This document shows positions 1 through 7,212 of a DNA stretch of 32,000 nucleotides, piece after piece. Under the pieces are notes generated by a model. The model made no database searches and was not told where the DNA came from. It saw nothing but the letters and a program-made list of their open reading frames with translations. The stretch comes from Acaryochloris marina S15 (GTDB lineage Bacteria > Cyanobacteriota > Cyanobacteriia > Thermosynechococcales > Thermosynechococcaceae). The stretch lies in contig NZ_CP064923.1 of NCBI RefSeq assembly GCF_018336915.1, forward strand, positions 390,001-422,000, written 5' to 3'. The translations under genes and the position numbers were made by a program. The number at the start of each line of letters is the position of its first letter. Position 1 is the stretch's first letter.

Positions 1-1212
1 GTGTGGGCTACCTTTAGTGCCGATCAAATTGACCTGAATTTTGCTAATCCAGAGGTGCTGCTCGAATTTGCCAAAATTCTGCTGTTTTATGTGCAAATGG
101 GTGCTAAGTATATCCGCTTGGACGCCATTGGTTACCTATGGAAACGGTTAGGAACCTCCTGTATTCATCTACCGGAAACCCATGCCATGGTCCGCTTGTT
201 GCGGGAAATCCTGGAAATGGTCGATCCGTCGGTGGCATTGATCACCGAGACCAATGTGCCGAATCGCGAAAACCTCAGCTACTTTGGCAATCGGAACGAA
301 GCGCATTTGATCTACAACTTCAGCCTGCCGCCCTTGATTTTGAATGCGTTGCTCCAGGGCAAGGCTGAACATTTAAAAACTTGGATGATGAGTATGCCCC
401 CAGCCCCTTTGGGATGTGCTTACTTCAACTTTACGGCCTCCCATGATGGCATTGGCTTACGACCGACAGAAGGTCTCTTGACTGAAGCAGAGTACCAAAC
501 CTTACTTCACTGTATGGAAGACTTTGGTGGCACCCTGAGTATGCGCACCAATGCTGAGGGAATTGATTCACCCTATGAAATCAATATTTCCTTTTTTGAT
601 GCCCTCCGAGGCACAGCGAAAGGCAAAGACCAGTGGCAGATCGAGCGCTTTATCTGTTCCCAAACGATCATGATGTCCTTGGAAGGAATCCCAGCCTTTT
701 ATATTCACAGTTTGCTCGCTACTCATAATGATTGGGAGAATGTTCATCGTACGGAGCGCAAGCGGTCCATTAATCGTCATCAGTGGTCTCTTCCAGCCTT
801 AGAACAGCAGTTAGCAGATGAAACGTCTCCCCATGCCATTGTCTTGAAAGGGCTCACCCGGCTGATTAAGATTCGTCGCCAACAAGATGCTTTCCATCCC
901 AACGCCACTCAATACACCCTGCATTTGCCTAATCAAGCGTTATTTGCATTTTGGCGGCAGAGTATGGCCCGCGATCAGAGCATTTTCTCCATTCATAATC
1001 TCAGCGATTGCCAGCAGAAACTGAAGCTCTCTGACCTTAACCTGGTCACTATTGATCCGTGGTATGACCTCATTAGTGGGTCTTGTATTCGAGGGATTTA
1101 TGACACTTTGCTCTTGGAGCCCTATCAGTCTCTGTGGATTACCAATAAGTTTGAGGGTCTTGAAGCGGATGGGCAAACTTGCACTTTAGGAGTCGAGACA
1201 GATAATGGCTAA
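1..1212 (+). CDS. GH13 subfamily-18 (sucrose phosphorylase family) glycoside phosphorylase, 5'-truncated by the window edge; possibly glucosylglycerate phosphorylase
   Basis: The frame is open from base 1, so the gene continues upstream. GH13 catalytic signatures are readable in the translation: YIRLDAIGY (nucleophile Asp region), LITETN (acid/base Glu) and FTASHDGIG (third catalytic Asp). The substrate guess rests only on the coupled phosphatase gene. Confidence 0.75.
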   Translation: MWATFSADQIDLNFANPEVLLEFAKILLFYVQMGAKYIRLDAIGYLWKRLGTSCIHLPETHAMVRLLREILEMVDPSVALITETNVPNRENLSYFGNRNEAHLIYNFSLPPLILNALLQGKAEHLKTWMMSMPPAPLGCAYFNFTASHDGIGLRPTEGLLTEAEYQTLLHCMEDFGGTLSMRTNAEGIDSPYEINISFFDALRGTAKGKDQWQIERFICSQTIMMSLEGIPAFYIHSLLATHNDWENVHRTERKRSINRHQWSLPALEQQLADETSPHAIVLKGLTRLIKIRRQQDAFHPNATQYTLHLPNQALFAFWRQSMARDQSIFSIHNLSDCQQKLKLSDLNLVTIDPWYDLISGSCIRGIYDTLLLEPYQSLWITNKFEGLEADGQTCTLGVETDNG

Positions 1213-2038
1213 CTCTGCCTCTTATTTGGTCTTTACGGATTTAGATGGCACTCTCTTAAACCACGATGATTATCGATATGATGCAGCCTTGCCGATGCTG
1301 GCCTGGTTGAAAGAGCATCAGATCCCAGTCATTGCCGTGACCAGTAAAACGCGGGTTGAGGTGGAGGATCTGCTTCAATCCCTCTCTTTTGAAGAACCTT
1401 TTGTGGTTGAAAACGGGAGTGGGGTGTTTATCCCTCTCACGGATCAGCGCTTTGATCCTGCCAAAATGGATATCCCTCATCAGTTATGGGAACAGCATCA
1501 GTGCCTCTATTTAGGCTGTACCTATGATCAGGCTAGACAAGGGCTAAAAGCCCTGGCCCAAAAGCTCAACCAGCCTCTCAGGGGCTTTGGAGATATGAGT
1601 ATAGAGGAGTTAGTCGCATTAACCGGGCTCCGCTCAGAAGAGGTACTCAAAGCTCAAGCTCGCGAGTTTACAGAGCCTTTTGTAAATCCAGGGTTAGCCG
1701 CTACTGATTTGGAGCAGCATGTTGCTGAGATTGGGTTCCAGGTCTTGGTGGGCGATCGCTTCTGTCACCTGATTGGCTTAGGGGCGGGCAAGGGTAAAGC
1801 GGTAAAGCTATTGGTGCAGTGCTATCAAGGGTTTCAGGCCCCCATTAAGACCGTGGGGCTGGGCAATAGTCCCAATGATTTAGCGATGTTAGAAGCCGTT
1901 GATATTCCGATTGTGATTCCAGGGGCAGAAGGCCCTCATCCAGGTTTAGCCCATCAAGGTTGGCAGATCGCACCGGCTACAGGTGCTCAGGGTTGGGCTA
2001 TGGCGATGTCACAGGTGCGTGATCAGTATTGGTCATAG
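1205..2038 (+). CDS. HAD-IIB phosphatase of the mannosyl-/glucosyl-3-phosphoglycerate phosphatase (MPGP/YedP) family
   Basis: HAD motif I FTDLDGTLL, motif II VTSKT, and C-terminal GLGNSPND. The length (277 aa) is typical. Its ATG lies inside the upstream stop region (ATGGCTAA, 8-nt overlap). Confidence 0.75.
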   Translation: MANSASYLVFTDLDGTLLNHDDYRYDAALPMLAWLKEHQIPVIAVTSKTRVEVEDLLQSLSFEEPFVVENGSGVFIPLTDQRFDPAKMDIPHQLWEQHQCLYLGCTYDQARQGLKALAQKLNQPLRGFGDMSIEELVALTGLRSEEVLKAQAREFTEPFVNPGLAATDLEQHVAEIGFQVLVGDRFCHLIGLGAGKGKAVKLLVQCYQGFQAPIKTVGLGNSPNDLAMLEAVDIPIVIPGAEGPHPGLAHQGWQIAPATGAQGWAMAMSQVRDQYWS

Positions 2039-2183
2039 GAATTTGGGATGTCTTTGATCTGACATCCTTGCTATTTCTGAGAGCCTTTCACGGAGTTCTT
2101 ATCGTTTCCTCAGATAAGGGTTGGGATAGCCTCAGTCACTTTAGCGAAGCTAATGACTGTTAGTTCATTCCCTGCCTATCATC

Positions 2184-2903
2184 ATGAACGGATGCTCCTT
2201 GGCCCTGAAATCTAATGTGAAACGCAGCTACTTATCTCCCTGGTTCTGGGGGGGGATGGTGATGCTCATCAGCTTGGGTGCCCTAGCCATGACCGATCAC
2301 TTACCTACCCTGAATTGGCAGGTATTCACTGTGGAGGGATTTCAGGATTTGGTAAATCGCTTAGGACCCTGGGGGCCTGTGGCTTACATCGGGTTGCTGA
2401 TTGTTTCGGTGGTGGCGAGTCAAATTCCGGGTGCACCTCTTGCGATCGCAGCGGGCGCATTGTGGGGACCACTGACCGCAGGGTTATACACAATCATCGG
2501 CGGATTTTTAGGCGCATTACTCGCTTATGGTTTGGGCAAGTATCTCGGACAACCCTTCTTCCAAACCCTAACGGGTAAAAGGATTACCATTTCTCCTGAT
2601 TTGGCAACGAATCTGATGGGCTGGTTTATCTTTGTCAGCCGCCTACTTCCTGTACTCTCTTTCGATTTAGTCAGTTATGGTGCTGGAATGGCGGGTTTGT
2701 CATTCCCCCTTTATGCTGCTGCGACCTTGGTGGGCATGATTCCATCCACGTTACTTCTGACCTACATGGGCGGTATCGCTGATCCATCTCAGATGCTAGG
2801 ACTCACTGGCCTGCTCTTGATGAGCATCATTGTTCTTCCTATCGTTTTAATTCGTCTCACAGGTGATCGTCTCAACACACTTGTCAAAATTGAGCCAGCA
2901 TAA
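2184..2903 (+). CDS. TVP38/TMEM64 (DedA-superfamily) integral membrane protein
   Basis: Polytopic hydrophobic protein whose glycine-rich helices (GAPLAIAAGALWG, GFLGALLAYGLGKYLG) are typical of the family. The start may instead be the internal Met at 2256. Confidence 0.65.
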   Translation: MNGCSLALKSNVKRSYLSPWFWGGMVMLISLGALAMTDHLPTLNWQVFTVEGFQDLVNRLGPWGPVAYIGLLIVSVVASQIPGAPLAIAAGALWGPLTAGLYTIIGGFLGALLAYGLGKYLGQPFFQTLTGKRITISPDLATNLMGWFIFVSRLLPVLSFDLVSYGAGMAGLSFPLYAAATLVGMIPSTLLLTYMGGIADPSQMLGLTGLLLMSIIVLPIVLIRLTGDRLNTLVKIEPA

Positions 2904-2922
2904 TGTTAGGGCTATGAAGCAC

Positions 2923-3411
2923 TTACGGCGTAGGTGTTTTGCGTGAGTCTTTACGACTACTTTGCCAAGTTGCAAATAAGAGGCATGCTAGGCCTATATT
3001 GATCGAAATATCTGCAATGTTGAACACAGGGAACTGAATGAGGCGGAAGTCTAAAAAGTCAATCACCTCACCCAAAAAGATTCGATCAATCCCGTTCCCC
3101 GCAGCTCCACCTAGTAAAAAACCGTAACCTGCTTGTTCCCATTGGGGTAAGCGAGGTCCAAATAAGCCCAGTCCAATTAATCCAAGACAAACAAGTAACG
3201 ATAGCCAAGGTAAAAGCGGACTATCTTTGAACAGGCTAAAAGCTGCCCCATCATTGGTCACGTAAGTGAAATGAAACACGTTCTGAATCAGAGGCCATGA
3301 CTCAGGCGGCCTACGTAGTTCGAAGTTCTGAGTGACCCAAAACTTAGTGAGCTGATCAGCCCCCACACTCAACAGGGCAGATACCCAAAACAACCATTTT
3401 TTCCAGCGCAT
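2923..3411 (-). CDS. lspA: Lipoprotein signal peptidase (signal peptidase II)
   Basis: 162 aa with four hydrophobic segments. LspA motifs are present: DQLTKFWV, NDGAAFS and FNIADISINIG. ATG start. Confidence 0.9.
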   Translation of the reverse strand: MRWKKWLFWVSALLSVGADQLTKFWVTQNFELRRPPESWPLIQNVFHFTYVTNDGAAFSLFKDSPLLPWLSLLVCLGLIGLGLFGPRLPQWEQAGYGFLLGGAAGNGIDRIFLGEVIDFLDFRLIQFPVFNIADISINIGLACLLFATWQSSRKDSRKTPTP

Positions 3412-3414
3412 AGG

Positions 3415-4062
3415 TCAATAGAACAAGATTCGTCGAAGCAAAAATGCGATCAGAGCAGAGGCACACATTACAATCAACTGCCCAGGAAATGGCAAAATCG
3501 AAAACTGCCAGATCGAGGCCCCCCAACTAAAAGAGGACAACTGTAACAGGGATAAGCCAGTCAGATAAATAATTCCAAATAAGTGAATCGTTAGCAGTCC
3601 ACACAGACAACTCAGTAATAAGGTCTCGATGCGACTCTTTTGGCTGCGAAAGGCTAAATATCCACACATCCATGCCCCTGGCAAAAAGCCGAGTAGATAG
3701 CCGAAAGTAGGTTCTTGTACATAACCTAGGCCACCTCCTTGAGAGAAAACTTGAACACCACTTAGCCCCAAGACTAAATAGGCAATTTGGGAGAGTGCTC
3801 CTGCATTTTTACCCCCTAAACACCCTACTAATAAGACAGCCCCTATTTGTAATGTTGCGCCTAAGGAATAAAGATCGATCTGATTCCAATCAATGGGCCA
3901 TGTCGACGGGACAGGAACTGCAACCTCGATGAAAACTCCATTGATGGTTAACAAGAGTCCGATAATTGCCCATAGAAGTTCATCAAAAGTGGTCAGCACG
4001 GGGTTGGAACGCAATAGAGAGTATTTGGAATCGTAGTTCACAGATGCAATGCGATCATCCAT
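3415..4062 (-). CDS. bioY: Biotin transporter BioY (ECF S-component type)
   Basis: About 6-TM hydrophobic protein with a BioY-like core (QVFSQGGGLGYVQEPTFGYLLGFLPGAWMCGYL). Its stop is 3 nt upstream of the lspA start. Confidence 0.8.
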   Translation of the reverse strand: MDDRIASVNYDSKYSLLRSNPVLTTFDELLWAIIGLLLTINGVFIEVAVPVPSTWPIDWNQIDLYSLGATLQIGAVLLVGCLGGKNAGALSQIAYLVLGLSGVQVFSQGGGLGYVQEPTFGYLLGFLPGAWMCGYLAFRSQKSRIETLLLSCLCGLLTIHLFGIIYLTGLSLLQLSSFSWGASIWQFSILPFPGQLIVMCASALIAFLLRRILFY

Positions 4063-4655
4063 TAGAAACAGAGTAGGGGAGTGGTGGACAATCTAGTACA
4101 AATTTTTGTCGCTAAGCAATTATGCGTAAGGAAGACCACCACGCTTTCTTTATATTCTGAATCGCTAGGAATTCAATGTCAGTGACTCTCTTTCGCTCAA
4201 TTTTCAAAAGCTGAGATGATCACAATAGGGCTATTCTATATCGATTTATAAACCCTAAAACCCTGGAAATTTTTGGATGAGATGGCTTTGTTTATCTCAT
4301 GGCTAATGGATTGAATCTTGCTCTCTTTCGCAATCTTTCAATATATATCCACTGGCTTTATTCTGCCTTAACCACTGGCGTTGTAAGCCCAACGTTTTGG
4401 AGTATTGGATGCTGATAGACAAGCACCTAGCATCTCTAGACCTACGTATGGGTTTGCATTATAGAACTTTTATTGGATGAAAGACTTGCCAGTGTTAGGA
4501 TGTAAGAAAACGATACTTCATAATTAAGCCACTAAGTATATCTGCTCTGCAGTCAAATTAACATTACTTAGCGGGCGAGGTCTGATAGTATTTTGTATTA
4601 AGTTTGATAATAAAGTTACGGTGGCACCGATAACAGAGGAGGAGATAGCTTAACA

Positions 4656-5714
4656 ATGCAAACTTATGGTCAAAGCGACATTGAATATAAATGGTGGGCT
4701 GGTAACTCACGCTATACAGACTATAGTGCTCAGTTTTTAGCAGCTCACATCGGTCAAATTGCCTCCATGTGCTTTTTTGCCGGTTCTTTTACATTATTTG
4801 AATTATCTAGATACAACCCTGATATTCCTGTTTACGCTCAAAACTTCGTTTGCTTACCTCAACTAGCCCGTGAAGGGTTTGGGGTTGGCGAAGGTGGCGT
4901 CATTCTTGATACTTATCCTGCTTTCGCAGTTGGAATGATCCACTTAGTTGCTGCAGCAATTTTTGCCTCTGGTGCTTTGTTTCACATTTTGACAGGCCCC
5001 AAGAGCTTTTCTGATAGTGACTCCAATGCCGGTCAACGCTTCCACTTCGAATGGGATGATTTTGAAACTCAAGGACGAATCCTGGGTCACCACCTAATCT
5101 TTTTAGGCTTAGCCACTTTCCTCTTTGCAGGATGGGCCATGACTCATGGTGTCTATGATCCCAACGTTGGCGAAGTTAGAGCCATTTCTCCGACTCTAAA
5201 CGTCGTCAGATTCTTCAAGTATGGTTGGGCTACACCTGGCTTTAACCCTTACTTTGTTGACAATCTTGAAGATGTAATTGGTGGTCACTTGTTTGTGGGT
5301 TCACTGTACACCTTTGGTGGCATTTTCCACATTCTTGTTAAGCCTTGGCCTTATACCGATCGTATCTACATCAAGAATGCAGAAGCCTTACTAGCTTATG
5401 CGCTAGGTGGTTTAGCTTTTGCTGGCTTCAACGCCGCTTACTTCTGCTCTGTCAATGATGTTGTTTTCCCAGTTGAGTTCTTTGGTCCTGTTCTGCAACC
5501 CAATCTAGGTTTCTTGCCTAACTTCGCTGACACCTTAGATGTTGCTGCTAGTGGACATACCACTCGATTCTGGATTTCTAACTTCCATTATTTCTGGGCT
5601 TTCTACTGCTTACAAGGACACCTATTCCATTGTTTGCGGTCTTCAGGCTTTGACTTCCGTGTTTTGACTCGATTCTTTACAACTACCCCGATCGAAATCG
5701 AGGCTGAAGTGTAA
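4656..5714 (+). CDS. Chlorophyll-binding antenna protein of the CP43/IsiA/Pcb family (paralog 1)
   Basis: 352 aa, six-helix type lacking the long CP43 lumenal loop. Motifs: WWAGN, DTYP, FHFEWDDFE, EDVIGGH and HTTRFWISNFHYFWAFYCLQGHLFHCLR. Strong SD (GAGGAGGAG) upstream of the ATG. Confidence 0.9.
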   Translation: MQTYGQSDIEYKWWAGNSRYTDYSAQFLAAHIGQIASMCFFAGSFTLFELSRYNPDIPVYAQNFVCLPQLAREGFGVGEGGVILDTYPAFAVGMIHLVAAAIFASGALFHILTGPKSFSDSDSNAGQRFHFEWDDFETQGRILGHHLIFLGLATFLFAGWAMTHGVYDPNVGEVRAISPTLNVVRFFKYGWATPGFNPYFVDNLEDVIGGHLFVGSLYTFGGIFHILVKPWPYTDRIYIKNAEALLAYALGGLAFAGFNAAYFCSVNDVVFPVEFFGPVLQPNLGFLPNFADTLDVAASGHTTRFWISNFHYFWAFYCLQGHLFHCLRSSGFDFRVLTRFFTTTPIEIEAEV

Positions 5715-5730
5715 GACGACATTCACTTTA

Positions 5731-5782
5731 ATCAAAAGTTTGAAAGCGCTCAAATTTTATGTAGCGTTTTTGAACTTTTGAT
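5731..5782 (+). terminator. Long imperfect hairpin downstream of antenna gene 1 (terminator or attenuator candidate)
   Basis: Arm ATCAAAAGTTTGAAAGCGCT (5731-5750) pairs with AGCGTTTTTGAACTTTTGAT (5763-5782). By hand, 17 of 20 positions are complementary and the loop is 12 nt. There is no clean U-tract. Confidence 0.4.
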
Positions 5783-5967
5783 GGAGCGAGAGTTTTGCAT
5801 CGTTATATTTAGCGGTGTATATACTTCTTCTTCCATTAAGAAGCATTCGAATACATTAATATGTCTAGCTCAACCTAATCACTAAGCGTTGAGTCCTTCA
5901 CATAAAAAATTTTGTCGTTACCGACAGTTCTTTTGTCAGCTAACCGAAATAAAAGAGGAAAACAGTT

Positions 5968-7035
5968 GTGACAGCATCTGTACGAGGAAGAAGAGGCGGT
6001 AAGGTAGCCGCCGTCCAGAACGAATTACCGACATCCGTATTAAGCAACTTTGAGAACCAATGGTGGGCCGGCAACGTCCGGATGACCGACCTGTCAGGGA
6101 TGCTTTTGGGAGCCCATCAATGCCACGCAGCCTTGATGAGTGTTGTCCCAGGCGCCTTCATCGTTCAAGAAGTCGCCCGCTATCAGCCCGGCATTCCCCT
6201 ATCAGAGCAGAGCATGGTATTCATGCCCCACCTCGCCGCCCTTGGGGTTGGCGTGGGTGCCGGTGGAGAGATCGTCGACACCTACCCCTTCTTCGTAATT
6301 GGGGTCCTGCACTTTTTCATCGCCGCCGTATGTTGTGCAGCCGGTTTGTATCACACCTTCCGAGGAGAAGCTCGTCTGAGTGACTGTCCCGAAGGCAGTA
6401 CCTCCGCTGGCTTCCACTACGAGTGGGAAGACTTTGAGAGCACCTCCTACATTCTGGGTTATCACCTACTCTTCATCGGAGTTGCGTGCTTAATCTTCGC
6501 CGGCAACGCCGCCTACGGCACCGGAATGTATGACATCAACACTGAAACCGTTCATCAAATTAGCCCTAACCTGAATCCTGCTCGCCTGATTGGCTATCTG
6601 TTCGGATTCACCCCCAACGGCTGGAGCGGAGCCGGCATGGCCGCAGTCGACAACATGGAAGACGTCATCGGTGGACACTTCCTCGTTGGCGCTCTAGACG
6701 TAGCCGGTGCAATTTTCCACATCGTCTATCGTCAAGCTACCCCCATCTTCAACAAGCGTCCCGTCTTCTCACCCGCAAATGGTGGTTGGACCACCTCCGA
6801 AGGAATCCTCAATGGCGAGGTCATTCTTTCCTGGAGCGTCGCTGCAGTTGGATTCATGGGCATTAGCTCCTCCATCTTCATCAAATATTGTGATGTAGCC
6901 TATCCCCCCATCTTTCATGGAGTAGACCGTGGAGGCGCAGCCGCCCTTCAACTCATTCTTGGACTTCTTTGGATGGTTGGCGGTGGCCTTTGGCATGGCC
7001 TGCGTGGAGAGAAACTACACGCCCTGACCAAATAA
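5968..7035 (+). CDS. Divergent chlorophyll-binding antenna protein of the CP43/IsiA/Pcb family (paralog 2)
   Basis: Alignable to paralog 1 through helices I-V (WWAGN, DTYP, FHYEWEDFE, EDVIGGH). GTG is the only in-frame start before the WWAGN motif, and the SD GAGGA ends 9 nt upstream of it. Confidence 0.85.
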   Translation: MTASVRGRRGGKVAAVQNELPTSVLSNFENQWWAGNVRMTDLSGMLLGAHQCHAALMSVVPGAFIVQEVARYQPGIPLSEQSMVFMPHLAALGVGVGAGGEIVDTYPFFVIGVLHFFIAAVCCAAGLYHTFRGEARLSDCPEGSTSAGFHYEWEDFESTSYILGYHLLFIGVACLIFAGNAAYGTGMYDINTETVHQISPNLNPARLIGYLFGFTPNGWSGAGMAAVDNMEDVIGGHFLVGALDVAGAIFHIVYRQATPIFNKRPVFSPANGGWTTSEGILNGEVILSWSVAAVGFMGISSSIFIKYCDVAYPPIFHGVDRGGAAALQLILGLLWMVGGGLWHGLRGEKLHALTK

Positions 7036-7089
7036 AGCCCCCTGATAGTTTCTGGTTAACCTAAACTAGAGACCCTTAAATCAGTTATC

Positions 7090-7121
7090 AAGGGCAAGCA
7101 GGACATCCTGCTTGCCCTTTT
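7090..7121 (+). terminator. Rho-independent terminator after antenna gene 2
   Basis: Perfect 13-bp stem AAGGGCAAGCAGG / CCTGCTTGCCCTT (7090-7102 and 7107-7119) with loop ACAT, followed by TT. Confidence 0.7.
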
Positions 7122-7212
7122 GCATGAAAAGGTAAAAACCGTGCAGAAGTGGCAACAAAGCCCCATAAAATAGAACTCGATAGAAAATAACGATATAGGT
7201 CATCTTTATCCC

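Noticed and set aside
4299-4415. 38-aa ORF (MANGLNLALFRNLSIYIHWLYSALTTGVVSPTFWSIGC) in the antenna-gene leader
   Set aside because: No ribosome-binding site and no recognisable small photosystem subunit. It cannot be supported without conservation or ribosome-profiling data.
6060-6996. Several 60-107-aa ORFs on both strands inside the second antenna gene
   Set aside because: They are R/P/G-rich shadow frames produced by the high GC3 of the real gene, and they have no motifs or SD sequences.
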